From Cyanobacteria bacterium P01_A01_bin.123 (GTDB lineage Bacteria > Cyanobacteriota > Cyanobacteriia > Phormidesmidales > Phormidesmidaceae), in assembly GCA_039815185.1 (NCBI GenBank), contig JBCBZT010000003.1, positions 160,001-224,000 on the forward strand: a stretch of DNA of 64,000 bases, given 5' to 3'. A program made the translations under genes and the position numbers. The notes below the pieces were generated by a model. That model saw only the letters and a list, made by a program, of their open reading frames with translations, was not told the DNA's origin and did not search any database. Shown piece after piece: positions 20,624 to 31,342 of this stretch. The first letter of the stretch is position 1, and the number at the start of each line of letters is the position of its first letter.

Positions 20624-21826
20624 TTACAGTGATAGCAAATCACGAATGGGTTGGCCAATCCAGTTCAGACCCACTCGAATTTGATGGTCTAGCGTGGGCA
20701 TGCGGTAGAGATAGGCCAGTCGCCGCGCCACATGGGCAGGAATGCCATCTAGCTGAATGCCTAGCCCAGTTAGAGTGGCGTTGTTGGTGCCCAGGGTCAT
20801 CATTTCGCCCAAGTGATTGTAGCGGAAGGGCAGCAGCGGGCGTCCCGTGAGGGAGGCCCAAATATTCCAAGCCACGTAGTCGGCTTGCTGGATGGCGACT
20901 TGGGCGGTACCAGGCATTTGCTGACCGCCGGCGTCCTTGCAGTCGGCTAAATCACCCAATGCAAAGAGGGTTTCATGGTCTGTCACTTGCAGGGTGGGTT
21001 CGACGCTGATCTGCTGTCGCTGATTTTGTTTGAGGCCCAGGGTTTGCACGACTGGTGCAACCTGAGTGCCAACAGTCCACAGCACTACATCTACCGGGAT
21101 CTTATCGACTTGATCGCGATAGTGCAGGGCAAGGGTATCGGCAGTGATGGACTCGACCGTTGTCGCTAAATCAAGCCAGACATCCCGGTCTGAGAGCGCC
21201 TGCTGGGCTGCCTTGCGATTGAATTCAGAAGAGGTCTGCAAAATTTCTTCTGACCGTTCGATAATCCGGATCCGCCCGCGATCGCCCAACCGATCCGCCA
21301 GCTTACAGGCCAGCTCAATGCCGCTGTAGCCGCCACCGACAACAGCGACGCGAATCTTATCGGTGTCACTGCTTTCCAGTGTGCGGAGGCATTCTCCCAG
21401 GCGATAGGCGTCTTCGATGGTGCGAAAAGGAATGGCATGTTCAGCCGCGCCAGGCACCAAATCCATGGGGGTTTCCCCCCCCATGGCCAGCACTAAGCGA
21501 TCGTAGGTCAGGGTGGCTCCGTCACTGAGGGTGACCTGGCAATCGCTGAGATTTAGCCGCTCTATGTCCGCTTGGTGAAATCGCACTGTGGTGGTCGCCA
21601 ACAGTTCTTCGTAGGGTGGGGCAATTTCCCAGGTTTGCAGTTCTCCGGTCAACAGCTCATACAGCAGGGGAGAAAACAAAAACCGATCGCGCTGATCAAC
21701 CAGCACAATATCGGGTTGAGGGTTACCCCAAGGTAACTTACTGAGGGCGAGGGCTGTATAGAGCCCCCCGAAGCCACCGCCCAGAATAGAAATTTGAGGT
21801 GCTGATTGGGTCGTTGATGGGGTCAT
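20624..21826 (-). CDS. ndbB: Type II NAD(P)H dehydrogenase, NdbB/NDC1-like (demethylphylloquinone reductase)
   Basis: ILGGGFGGLYTAL..LPW, FLFSPLLYELL, VVGGGYSGIELA and TAQVAIQQA motifs. ATG 21826 preferred. Confidence 0.8.
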   Translation of the reverse strand: MTPSTTQSAPQISILGGGFGGLYTALALSKLPWGNPQPDIVLVDQRDRFLFSPLLYELLTGELQTWEIAPPYEELLATTTVRFHQADIERLNLSDCQVTLSDGATLTYDRLVLAMGGETPMDLVPGAAEHAIPFRTIEDAYRLGECLRTLESSDTDKIRVAVVGGGYSGIELACKLADRLGDRGRIRIIERSEEILQTSSEFNRKAAQQALSDRDVWLDLATTVESITADTLALHYRDQVDKIPVDVVLWTVGTQVAPVVQTLGLKQNQRQQISVEPTLQVTDHETLFALGDLADCKDAGGQQMPGTAQVAIQQADYVAWNIWASLTGRPLLPFRYNHLGEMMTLGTNNATLTGLGIQLDGIPAHVARRLAYLYRMPTLDHQIRVGLNWIGQPIRDLLSL

Positions 21827-21869
21827 GGTGTGAAGGGAAACCCTTATATTTTCCCCTTCAGGATAACAA

Positions 21870-23822
21870 CTACTGGCGTTTTTCCCGGTTGGGCCGACTC
21901 TCTTGCCAAGCATTACCAATCCCTTGCAAAATGCCTCGTCCCACTAATCCAATACCTCGCCCCACCACCTCTGTCAGAACATAGACGATGCCGTTGCCCA
22001 GGAGGGCGATCAGGGTTTGCAATCGGGGCGCGATCGCATCCCGAGCTTCTAAGGCTAATGTCAAGCCATACTGTAAGCCCGAGAGGGTCTCGAGCTCTTG
22101 GCGACGGGGGGCATAGATGTAGCATGTATTGACGCCCTGATCGCTTAGGGTCAACAACCGATATTGGCTTTCAAAGATAGCTTTGGGATGGTATACCGCA
22201 TCGTCCCAACGGTAGCGCCAAGATAAGTTATTGCGAAACCGCTCGATCTCACGGGTTGACATGACTTGGCGATTGTAGAATCGCTTTTTAAAGGCTTCCA
22301 CATCAGCAAAATGGTTGAGTAGGGGTTGCAGCACGCTGCAGGCCACTTGAATCAGCAGATTTTCTAGGAGACGCTGGCTGTGAATCAGCGCTTCGTAGCT
22401 GGTGGCGGCTTGCAAGGCCCCATCTACCGCTAACGGTTCTGCAAACAGCAGATGGCCTAGCAGGGAAGGCACCAGCGGAATCCGGCTGAGCATAGTTTGT
22501 TCAACGATCGCGGCATCTGCCAGCAGGGTTTTAACCACGGCTTGTTCAATGCCGTCGAGCTGCAAGGTGTAATATTTGCCAAAAAAGTCGTTGGTCACTG
22601 CTTGCCACAAATCCACCAGCACCCCAAGCGTTTGATCGTTAAGTTGTCCGGGCTGCACTTGGGAGTGTCGCAGTTCGTTCAACTGCGCTTCTAGCTGACG
22701 CAAAGTGACATAAAGCAGTTCGCGTTTCTTATCTGTCCGTAAAATATCAATCTCCAAAGGAATAGCTGTAGGATTTTCTAGGCTATGTTGAAGCTTGCGA
22801 AAAACCGCATCGAATACTAAGGCTTGAATATCACTAGGGCCTGCATTGAGCACAGCCGAGGGATTAGTGACCAACCTCCCATCGACGCCCCTAGAGGCGG
22901 GCCCAGCAATTGACCCAGAAACTGGCATAAGCGTGGGACTGGCTGAGTCGATCGCCAGAGACTCATGCCCCCCAGCTTCCTCTACCGTTTCTTCCCCAGC
23001 CTCCCTTCCCGAGCGGGGGTCAGGGGTTGCGAGCAGCCGTTGGGTTAGCCATCGTGCTGCTCGCAGTTCTCGCCGTCGCCCAGTCAGCACAATCCAAGCG
23101 AAGAGTGATAAGTTCGTTTCCAGTTCAGCGTTGACTGCATTAATGACAGTATCAATTTGCTGGACTCCTACCTGGCGCATCTGGCGCCGTAATGCGGTCC
23201 AAAGTCCAGGAGATTGGGCGGAGGCCACCGCTGCTGCTGGGTCTAAAGATTGGGTGGGCAATGCCCCCATCGATTGGGCAATCGTTTGGCGAACTAACTG
23301 AACCAGTTGCGCCACAGGCATTCCCCGAGCCCCAAAGGCAGTCGCCCCGGCGCTCAAGGCCGCCTCGCGCAAAACTGGCGCAACTTCGGTGCTCAACACC
23401 AATAGGGGCAAGGGGGGGAATTCTACCCGCATTTGCTGGCAAAGCTGTAAACCCAGAATTTGACTACTGTCCTGTTGCCCTAGGCCAATGTCAATGATCA
23501 CTAAATCAATTTTGAGGGCGGCAGTCGCCACAGGCGTTGTCGTTGGGGATTGCCTGGCTTCAGGTTGGTCCGTCATCGCCTGGGGTGGTTCAGATGCAGC
23601 GCCTTCAGCGATAGCCTCACTAGCAGTTCCAGGGGTTTCAGAAGATTCCGTGCTGGGCGAGTTTGCGGATTGATGGCGGCGTAAAGTCTCTAAGGCTTCC
23701 CCTCCGGTGGACGCTTCAGCGACAACCACAAAATCGACAAATTGCTCAAGCCAAATACGTAGTCCTAATCGAAAGACTGGATCTTCGTCCACCAACATGA
23801 GTTGAAAGGGGCGATCGCGCAT
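21870..23822 (-). CDS. ycf55: Ycf55-like protein (receiver domain + DUF3685)
   Basis: N-terminal receiver LMLVDEDPVFRLGL; C-terminal LEIDIL..KKREL, STREIERFRN and LEARDAIAPR. Confidence 0.82.
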   Translation of the reverse strand: MRDRPFQLMLVDEDPVFRLGLRIWLEQFVDFVVVAEASTGGEALETLRRHQSANSPSTESSETPGTASEAIAEGAASEPPQAMTDQPEARQSPTTTPVATAALKIDLVIIDIGLGQQDSSQILGLQLCQQMRVEFPPLPLLVLSTEVAPVLREAALSAGATAFGARGMPVAQLVQLVRQTIAQSMGALPTQSLDPAAAVASAQSPGLWTALRRQMRQVGVQQIDTVINAVNAELETNLSLFAWIVLTGRRRELRAARWLTQRLLATPDPRSGREAGEETVEEAGGHESLAIDSASPTLMPVSGSIAGPASRGVDGRLVTNPSAVLNAGPSDIQALVFDAVFRKLQHSLENPTAIPLEIDILRTDKKRELLYVTLRQLEAQLNELRHSQVQPGQLNDQTLGVLVDLWQAVTNDFFGKYYTLQLDGIEQAVVKTLLADAAIVEQTMLSRIPLVPSLLGHLLFAEPLAVDGALQAATSYEALIHSQRLLENLLIQVACSVLQPLLNHFADVEAFKKRFYNRQVMSTREIERFRNNLSWRYRWDDAVYHPKAIFESQYRLLTLSDQGVNTCYIYAPRRQELETLSGLQYGLTLALEARDAIAPRLQTLIALLGNGIVYVLTEVVGRGIGLVGRGILQGIGNAWQESRPNREKRQ

Positions 23823-23842
23823 AGATCCTACAGGTGCCCCCC

Positions 23843-25678
23843 TCAGTTGGATTCAGAACCGCTGGTGTCCTCAGCATTGTCACCGCTGTCATTGCTGTCA
23901 TCGCTGCCATTGCTATCAGTGTCGCCACGAATAGACCAGATGTAGGCTCGTTCCGCTTTCCAGAGGGCGATCGCGCTCTGCGCTTCCCCATACAACACAC
24001 GCCCGGGCCCAATTTGACTCGCCGTATTGATGGCTCGGGTGAAACTGCCTTGATAGGCCAAGTCTTTTGCTCTGGCCAAAATGGGGCCATCTTCTGCAAC
24101 TTGAATCCGAGCCGTCCAGTCACCAATGGCAGATTGAGCCTGATCGTATAGTGCCCGATCCGCGCTAATTTGCTGGGCCACTTGAATTGCGTCCCATAGT
24201 TTGCCTTCACTAGCGAGGTCATTGGCTTGCTTTAAGATGGGTTGGTCTTCAATGATTTGAATATTGGCGCGCCATTCCGCAATCCAACTTTGGGCTTCAA
24301 TTCGCAGTGCCCGCTCTGGCTCGACCTTGCTTGCTTCTGCGATCGCCTGTTGCAGTGCTTCAACAGTGCTGGTCTGGGCCAATTGCTTTGCCCGTCGTAG
24401 ATAAGGCCGATCTTGAATCCGCTCCATTTGCTGCTGCCAATGGGCTATTAGGGTTTGGGCTTGTTGCCGACCGGGACGTTTGACATCAACCTGCACCGCT
24501 TGGGCAATGGCAAACTCGTAGGCGGAGGGTTGTCCCAGATTGGCCACAAAGGTAGCGGCCTGCAAACGCAGTAGGTCTTGGAGCCGTATCCGCCAGTCTG
24601 CTAAGTGGACTTGGGCCTGCTCATAGAGTGGGCTGTCGGACGTAATTTGCTCTACACCCTTGATGGCTTCCATCAGCTTTAAGACATCTGTTGCCTTAGG
24701 TTCCCATACTGATAGGGAGTCAGCCAGCTTTCTGGCGTGGCTCAACTGCAATAAATCCTTAGCATCAGGGGCCAATGTTAGATCAGCCGGAACTGCTTGA
24801 ACAATCGTGACCGCCTGGTCTAAATCACCAAGCTCCCAGAGTTGAAAGGCATAGGATAAGACCTTTTGACTCCAGCGATCGATGTTGATCTGGGCCGAGG
24901 GCCACGCTTGACTGCTCATGTCAATCGTTTGAGCTAATTCCAGCGCTTGCAACCAGTCGTTGAGGCGATCAGATGCCCCCAGAGATCGAGCGGTTTCCAG
25001 CTGTGCCCAAGCCTGTTGTTCCACGCTAATTTGCTGCTGCAAAGCCTGAAACTGTTGCCTCACCCAATAATCAGTGTAAAACCCCTGCAAGGCTTGGCTC
25101 AGGTCAATGGCATCTTGCCAGTTACGATTATTAATCGCGGATGTAACCTGCTGGGTCACCTGAGTCCCCGTTTCCCACTCTTGGTTCCAAATCTCCACCG
25201 AGCCCTGGGCCTGCTCATAAACCGTAGCCTGGGGGGGAATATGCTGCACCATTTCAATGGCTTCATCCAACTGTCCCTGGTGAACGCGAGTGCGAGCGAT
25301 GGTCAACAGTTCTTCAGACCACTGCTGCAGTAAAGGGTCAGCATCTCGATGCAGAGTATGGCCAATGGACCAGTCGCTGACTAAATCAAGCCCTGCCATG
25401 AGATGGTCTGGAGCCCTCGAAGCGGCTTTAGTCTTGGCACACAGCAAGCGATCGCTATCGGCGCTAAACCGATGAATTTGTCCGCAGTTTGGGAACGGGG
25501 GAATTTCGGTCAACAGCGCGATCGCCCAAATGCCTAACCCGCTAGAACCCAACAGCAAGGCAAACCACAGCAGGGGCCAAATCCAACTTAGGATACCTGC
25601 CCAGCCCCCGGGGCGAATCACAACACTGATGGGTTGGGGTTCAGCAGAAGACGGCGATGTCATGGAAGCCTCAAGCAT
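23843..25678 (-). CDS. Conserved cyanobacterial membrane-anchored alpha-helical repeat protein
   Basis: N-terminal TM, PNC..S.RL.CA motif, repeated ED.PIL..A..LA..G...AI..A..I...RALY.EAQ..I..W units. Confidence 0.8.
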   Translation of the reverse strand: MLEASMTSPSSAEPQPISVVIRPGGWAGILSWIWPLLWFALLLGSSGLGIWAIALLTEIPPFPNCGQIHRFSADSDRLLCAKTKAASRAPDHLMAGLDLVSDWSIGHTLHRDADPLLQQWSEELLTIARTRVHQGQLDEAIEMVQHIPPQATVYEQAQGSVEIWNQEWETGTQVTQQVTSAINNRNWQDAIDLSQALQGFYTDYWVRQQFQALQQQISVEQQAWAQLETARSLGASDRLNDWLQALELAQTIDMSSQAWPSAQINIDRWSQKVLSYAFQLWELGDLDQAVTIVQAVPADLTLAPDAKDLLQLSHARKLADSLSVWEPKATDVLKLMEAIKGVEQITSDSPLYEQAQVHLADWRIRLQDLLRLQAATFVANLGQPSAYEFAIAQAVQVDVKRPGRQQAQTLIAHWQQQMERIQDRPYLRRAKQLAQTSTVEALQQAIAEASKVEPERALRIEAQSWIAEWRANIQIIEDQPILKQANDLASEGKLWDAIQVAQQISADRALYDQAQSAIGDWTARIQVAEDGPILARAKDLAYQGSFTRAINTASQIGPGRVLYGEAQSAIALWKAERAYIWSIRGDTDSNGSDDSNDSGDNAEDTSGSESN

Positions 25679-25864
25679 GCGGTCACCTGGCCCATAGACC
25701 AGAATTCCCTGTCATTGTAGGAGCAAATTCCTAACCTGAACGGTCAGTTTAGGTGAAAATTGAAATCAGAGTTGTGTTTACTTGAGTCGCATCCAGCTCA
25801 GGCTGTGGCGTTTTCTCGTCAGCAAAACTCCAGTTCTGGATGTGGCAACAGTTTAGGTCAAAAA

Positions 25865-25938
25865 CGGGCCCTACAGGATTCGAACCTGTGACCTACCGAT
25901 TAGAAGTCGGTTGTTCTATCCAACTGAACTAAGGGCCC
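25865..25938 (-). tRNA. trnR: tRNA-Arg(UCU)
   Basis: Reverse complement reads GGGCCCTTAGTTCAGTTGGATAGAAC-AACCGA CT TCT AA TCGGT-..GGTTCGAATCC..AGGGCCCG. Confidence 0.97.
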
Positions 25939-26333
25939 CCACGACAGTTCAAGACGTCTATAAGGCTTTTAGAATAACATTCTATCGCTTGATTCCAGGG
26001 GAACGGGGGTACCCTAAAGTTGGCTTCAAAAGTGGGGCCATGTAATACGTTTAGTGCTAAGCTGATGCCCGCTTCCTGGGAACCTCTGGCACTACATATG
26101 TTAGAAAGCTGCTGGGTTGGTTAAAATCATGCCTGACTAAAGTTAAGGTATAAATGCGCCTTGTCAAACAGCTCCCTGGGTAGGTTTATGTCTATCTTGG
26201 TGCCTACCAGCTAAAATCAAGCCACTTTGCTTGATTTGATTTGTTTGAGGGAAGTGTTGAGCTTTCCCTATTCACCCAGCGCAAAGGATATCGTGTCATC
26301 CACGACCCTGATTAGGAGTGAATTGGCAGCCCC

Positions 26334-27014
26334 ATGTTTATTTTGAAACGACAGGATGTGGACATTAAAAATGTTCAGCATCCTTCTAAAGATCAAAAAA
26401 TCCCAATCCTCGCTTACCAGGAGCAGACTTTTCGCCTGCTGAGTGTGTTTAATGCCGCACAGCATGAAGAGGCCATGGCACTTTGGCGTGATCTGACTGA
26501 CAACAAAGGGAAAGCCTGCGTATTGCTCGAGGAACCCGAACGGTTTAGCGTTTGGGGCAAGGTTCGACTTGATCAAATTGGGGCTGCTGGAGAGGGCGAC
26601 GATCATGCCCCCACCGGGCCTACTGCATCTCAAGCATTTGTGAAGGCGTGCTTGCTGTTGTTACAAGCACTGTATATTGACGTCGAAGATTTACTCGGTG
26701 ATAAGCAAGCCAGCTTATTTGCCAAAGACATTTCGGGGACGTTTGAACAGTGGCAGTTTCCTCAGACTAAAACCCCCAAGGCTGTGGAGACCCTGTTGAC
26801 AGTTGATCCCCTGGCGATGGCTCATATTCCAGCTTGGCAAGAACGCCATCTGACGATCCTGCTGCAAGAGCTGCACCGCCTAGGTAAAAACTATTTTGGC
26901 AACGCCAATTTTGCAGAGCGGGCGTTAGATGCACTGGAAGATTTGCCAGAAGGCGATCGCCAACAGTTTGTCGTCTGGCTAGGGCAAACCCCTAGTGGTC
27001 AGCTGTGGCAATAG
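26334..27014 (+). CDS. Conserved cyanobacterial protein (Npun_F0813-like)
   Basis: MFILKRQDV..PIL.YQ.QTFRL..WRDLTDNKGKACVLLEEP.R.SVWGK. Confidence 0.8.
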   Translation: MFILKRQDVDIKNVQHPSKDQKIPILAYQEQTFRLLSVFNAAQHEEAMALWRDLTDNKGKACVLLEEPERFSVWGKVRLDQIGAAGEGDDHAPTGPTASQAFVKACLLLLQALYIDVEDLLGDKQASLFAKDISGTFEQWQFPQTKTPKAVETLLTVDPLAMAHIPAWQERHLTILLQELHRLGKNYFGNANFAERALDALEDLPEGDRQQFVVWLGQTPSGQLWQ

Positions 27015-27278
27015 ATCTGCAAAGCCTTGACCTGGATTGCCAGGCGTGAATCCACCGTTGATTCATCGCGTTAAGGCGCGATCGCGGCGCCATAGCTTTA
27101 AGATTTTTTGATATTTTGTCCTCACCCGTTATCTTGCTCGGTTCCTGGCGCACAATAGACTCGCTAAAAGCGTGTGTTAACAAAGCCTTAACAAAGGCGT
27201 ATTCTTAATAAACGCCCTTGGTTAACTGTCATTGATTGATGTGGCCAGCTTTGTCAGGTTGCATGTTGTTCTCTCAAC

Positions 27279-28313
27279 GTGAGGTGTATTGCCTTGAGTA
27301 GTTCGTCCTCAGGGAAGTCGATCCTTTCTACCCGAAAACTCATTTTATTTTGCATCGCCTGGGCAGTATTCTCCCTGGTCTTTTTCTTGCTCTTTAGTGT
27401 GCCGTCGCCAGGGCAGAGCCTACCTGATTGGTACTTTCTGGGGATTACCTTCCTCGAAACGGGAGCCTTTGCAATCGCCTGTGCACTTTGTCTGCGTAAC
27501 TGGAAAAGCGCACAGATTGTCAGTGGTCGTGGTGTTTGGCTGGCCATCGGGCTAGGGCTGTTGTCCTATACCTTGGGCAATGTGCTCTTTTTCTTCTGGG
27601 GTAATGTTTGGGGACTTGACCCAGCGGTTTCCCTGGGGGATTTCTTTTACATCATCAGCTACCTATTTCTGGCATGGGGGATGTTGCAGGCAGTCCTGCC
27701 CCGTCGGCTTAACCTTGAGATTAGCCAATGGTTCATCATTGCTGGCGTGGGGCTTGGGGGGGTTGCCTTGGCGGTCTTCTTAACCTATTTTGCCTCCGTT
27801 GAAACGGCAATGATACCGGGGATCAATCAGCCAGCCTATGCTCAAGAATCGGTTCCCGTGGACTCGGTTCCGTTGGAAACAGAGGAGGTTCCCATATCAC
27901 CGCCTGAGGTTGTGCCTGGAATTGCGGATGAGGAGATTGTGGATGAGGAAGACGCCAGTAATGCTCCTGGTGTGATCGTTTTTCTAGATCAGGTTCTCAG
28001 CCCATTGGAAGATGTGGCTGGTATTCTTTATCTGATTGGAGACTGTGTGCTGGTGATTATTGCCACAACCCTGCTGGTGGCATTTTGGGGGGGGCGATTC
28101 TCCCAGTCATGGAAGTTGATCGCGATCGCGGCGTTTTGCCTTTACATTGCCGATATGTTTTTTGCCTACAATGTCGGTCTAGATACCTACGAAGAAGGTC
28201 GGCTTTGGGAGGTCTTTTGGACTTTCTCTGCAATTTTCTTTGCCCTTGGGGCGGCAGTCGAATACGAAATTTCTACCAAATCACGCCGCACATCCCGTCG
28301 CAGAAGGAGTTAG
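27279..28313 (+). CDS. Conserved multi-pass membrane protein
   Basis: ~8 TM segments with an acidic loop; LRNW...IVSGR.VW and FWGGRFSQSW motifs. Start uncertain. Confidence 0.8.
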   Translation: MRCIALSSSSSGKSILSTRKLILFCIAWAVFSLVFFLLFSVPSPGQSLPDWYFLGITFLETGAFAIACALCLRNWKSAQIVSGRGVWLAIGLGLLSYTLGNVLFFFWGNVWGLDPAVSLGDFFYIISYLFLAWGMLQAVLPRRLNLEISQWFIIAGVGLGGVALAVFLTYFASVETAMIPGINQPAYAQESVPVDSVPLETEEVPISPPEVVPGIADEEIVDEEDASNAPGVIVFLDQVLSPLEDVAGILYLIGDCVLVIIATTLLVAFWGGRFSQSWKLIAIAAFCLYIADMFFAYNVGLDTYEEGRLWEVFWTFSAIFFALGAAVEYEISTKSRRTSRRRRS

Positions 28314-28389
28314 GTTAGAGGGGAGGGTTCTGGCGCGGCAAGGCTGCTTGAAATACTCCAGTTCATATCGTTTTCGGGTTCCCGGTAGC

Positions 28390-29556
28390 ATGGCTCCAAG
28401 TAAACTTTCTGATGCAGATAAGCAGGACATCATTGTCTTGTACAAAAATCCGGGGGAAACCACATCGACCCTGGCTGAGCGCTATGGCGTCAGTAACAGC
28501 ACCATTAGTCGATTGCTCAAAAGTTCTTTGCCAGAATCCGAGTACAGCGCGCTGATTCAGCAAAAGCGTTCAGCGTCTGATTCAGCCCCGGCTTCAACCC
28601 CCTCAACTGCGCCGTCGGCGCCCAAGCTGCGCCAAACCGCTGCAAAGACGAGTTCGTCTACTACAGCGGGGGAAGAATCGGCAAAAGATGAGCAATCCCA
28701 GAAAATGCCCCGCCGTCGGACGCGATCGAAGGCCACTCAAGATAAGTCAGATCAGGCTAATGGGGAAGCGATCGGAACAGCTCTGGTAATGGCCAATCCG
28801 GGGGCTCCCTCCCCAAAGCTACAAACTGACAATGCGTCGTCCGTGTCAGACCCCATAGGGGATGTGCCCCCCTCTAAGGTGACCAAACCCACTCGACGAA
28901 AGCGATCGCGGCAGCCATCCCAAGCTGCCACGGAGACTGCAGAACAAATTAACCTGCTCGATCAATCTGAGCCCTCTGAGACGGTGACGGAACCCATCCA
29001 GGAGTCGAAGCGACCTCAGCTTAAACTACGCAATCGCGAGCCGGTTGAAGCTGAACCGCCCATGGATGAATCTTTGGATGAGCCCTTGGACGAGATCAAT
29101 GTCCTTGATGATGACGATGCTGCGTTGCCTACCCAGGATGACGACTATGGCGACGATGAAGACGACTGGGATGACGGTGATGATGAGGATGATCCCGAAG
29201 AGGGAGATGATTCGGCATCCTCGACTCAGTTCCCCAGAGAAGCGATTGTGCAGATTATTCCGCTAACCCAGGATGTACTGCCCAAACCTTGTTACTTGGT
29301 AGTCGATCGCATGGCAGAACTAGTTACCCAGCCGTTGAAGTCCTTTGGCGATTTGGGCCCGCTTCCTGAGGCCAAGACGACTGCTAGAACCCTGCCTGTG
29401 TTTGATAATCATCGAGTTGCTCGACGCTTTACCCAGCGTAACCAGCGAGTCGTCAAAGTCCCCGATGGCGGACTGTTGCACAAGACAAGCGTTTACCTCC
29501 AAGCGAAGGGCATTACCCACCTACTGATTGATGGCCGGGTGTATTCGCTGACGTAA
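28390..29556 (+). CDS. HTH protein with a long disordered acidic linker and a conserved C-terminal domain
   Basis: ETTSTLAERYGVSNSTISRLLK HTH, a D/E-rich tract, and C-terminal CYLVVDR..EL..LPVFDNHRVARRF..YLQAKGITHLL. ATG 28390 preferred. Confidence 0.8.
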   Translation: MAPSKLSDADKQDIIVLYKNPGETTSTLAERYGVSNSTISRLLKSSLPESEYSALIQQKRSASDSAPASTPSTAPSAPKLRQTAAKTSSSTTAGEESAKDEQSQKMPRRRTRSKATQDKSDQANGEAIGTALVMANPGAPSPKLQTDNASSVSDPIGDVPPSKVTKPTRRKRSRQPSQAATETAEQINLLDQSEPSETVTEPIQESKRPQLKLRNREPVEAEPPMDESLDEPLDEINVLDDDDAALPTQDDDYGDDEDDWDDGDDEDDPEEGDDSASSTQFPREAIVQIIPLTQDVLPKPCYLVVDRMAELVTQPLKSFGDLGPLPEAKTTARTLPVFDNHRVARRFTQRNQRVVKVPDGGLLHKTSVYLQAKGITHLLIDGRVYSLT

Positions 29557-29965
29557 GGATCAAGTGCGGCTTGCATGGTTCAAAACAGGGTATCGAGGAT
29601 TGTGATTAAGCGATCGCACGCTTCTAAGGTGTTGTAGTGCAGCATACTGACCCGCACCATACCGTTTTGTGTTGTTTGCCCCAAATCTTTAATCAGGCGT
29701 TTGGCATAGAAGTGGCCATGGCGGATACTAATGTTGTGGCCATAAACGTGAATGTTTGGGTGGGTAAATGATGTTTTGGTGAGTAAATGATGCGATAGTT
29801 GTCAATTCCAACTAAATACTGATACCATTTTTTACATTACTCTAGACTTCATTGCTTATGACTTCAGACAACGTCATAAGCTAATGTTAATTGACGGGTG
29901 CTACACCGTTCGAAGCCACGTGCAATAGAACCCAGAACACCGTCCTAAATTAATTATTGGGTGCA

Positions 29966-31096
29966 ATGGAGAGCATTTTAGAGACTCAGGAATCTTTTGA
30001 CACTCTGGAAAGAGAGTTGCTGATCTACGAGCGTGTGCTTGAGGCTCAGCCTAATAATCATGAGGCTTGGCGACATCGCAGTTATTTGCTGGGCCATTTG
30101 GGGCGTTATCAGGCGGCGATCGCCAGCTATGAGAAAACTCTAGCGCTCAATTCTAGTCATTCCGATGATTGGTTTAACTACGGCGTTGCATTAGCCCAGG
30201 CTGGGTGCTATGAAGCAGCGCTATCCAGCTATGATGAAGCACTTAATCGGTCTCCTCAATCTGCTAAAACCCTGCATCGTAAAGCATTTAGCCTCCATCG
30301 TTTGGAACGACATGAGGAAGCTTGTCAGTGCTATAAAGCTGCGCTCGCGTTAGATCCAAACTATGCTTCGGCTTGGTACCATTTGGGCAAAGTGCAGTAT
30401 GGATTGGGGCGCTATGAGGACAGTCTAGAGAGCTTTCAACAAGCTGTTGTGCTCGAACCCAATTCTTTCAAGGCGCAACAATGTTTGGGATATTTACAGA
30501 TGCGTTTTGGTTATTACACTGAGGCGCTCAAGCATTTTGTGATTGCCAGTCGGCTTCAGCCCGATAACCCCCAACCCCTGGTCCTTCAGAGCTATTTGTT
30601 ACGTCAACTCGGCAAGACTCAAGCCGCCCTTAAATGTCTCGAAGAGGCGATCGCGCTTGAGCCAGACGACCATTACTTTTGGTATCAGCGGGGGCTGACG
30701 TTAGTCAATATGGGGGCATATCCTGCTGCCCAGTCTTCTTTGGTGAAGTCACTCAAAGCAGAAGCCTATCAATATCAGGCTTGGTTGGCCTTGGGGTTAA
30801 CATTACAAAAGCTAGGCGGCTATCAAGATGCGATTGAAGCTTACAACAAAGCGTTATCCATTGAGCCAGATTTAGCCTTTGCGTTTTATCACCAAGCCTG
30901 CTGCTATGCCTATCAAGATCGGCCTGACTGGGCCATTGAACATCTGCGTCGCGCCATTGCCCTAGCCCCCCAAACCTACTTAGGCCGCGCTAAGCAAGAG
31001 CCGGTGTTGGCAAGTTTGCAGCAGGATGAACGTTTTCAAGCATTGTTAGAGGAAGATCCGACTTTAGAGACGTATTGTTTGCTCAAGGGATCATAA
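29966..31096 (+). CDS. TPR protein
   Basis: About nine TPR units (AW...G..L...G.Y..A...Y.KAL...P) ending in FYHQACCYA. Confidence 0.9.
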   Translation: MESILETQESFDTLERELLIYERVLEAQPNNHEAWRHRSYLLGHLGRYQAAIASYEKTLALNSSHSDDWFNYGVALAQAGCYEAALSSYDEALNRSPQSAKTLHRKAFSLHRLERHEEACQCYKAALALDPNYASAWYHLGKVQYGLGRYEDSLESFQQAVVLEPNSFKAQQCLGYLQMRFGYYTEALKHFVIASRLQPDNPQPLVLQSYLLRQLGKTQAALKCLEEAIALEPDDHYFWYQRGLTLVNMGAYPAAQSSLVKSLKAEAYQYQAWLALGLTLQKLGGYQDAIEAYNKALSIEPDLAFAFYHQACCYAYQDRPDWAIEHLRRAIALAPQTYLGRAKQEPVLASLQQDERFQALLEEDPTLETYCLLKGS

Positions 31097-31342
31097 GGAC
31101 TAGAGAGGCTAGGTCGATGAGTTTTCAGTGTGGCATTCTGAGTTGAATGCAACGGAATATTACGCGATCGTGCTTAAAGTTCAAGCATTCCTAAGCGATG
31201 TCCTCAATTGGGTCAGTGCTTTATTAGGATAAAGATAAGCCCCATCTGATTTGCAAACTTGAGGGTTTACCTCAAAGAAAAGCTGTGGATCTGGATGTTG
31301 ACGCGGTTTCGATGCCCTTCACACCCAAAATCGGAGACCATC

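Noticed and set aside
28390..29556. HTH protein as a possible transposase/IS element
   Set aside because: No DDE/HUH catalytic motif and no terminal inverted repeats or target duplication seen. The acidic residues lie in a disordered tract.
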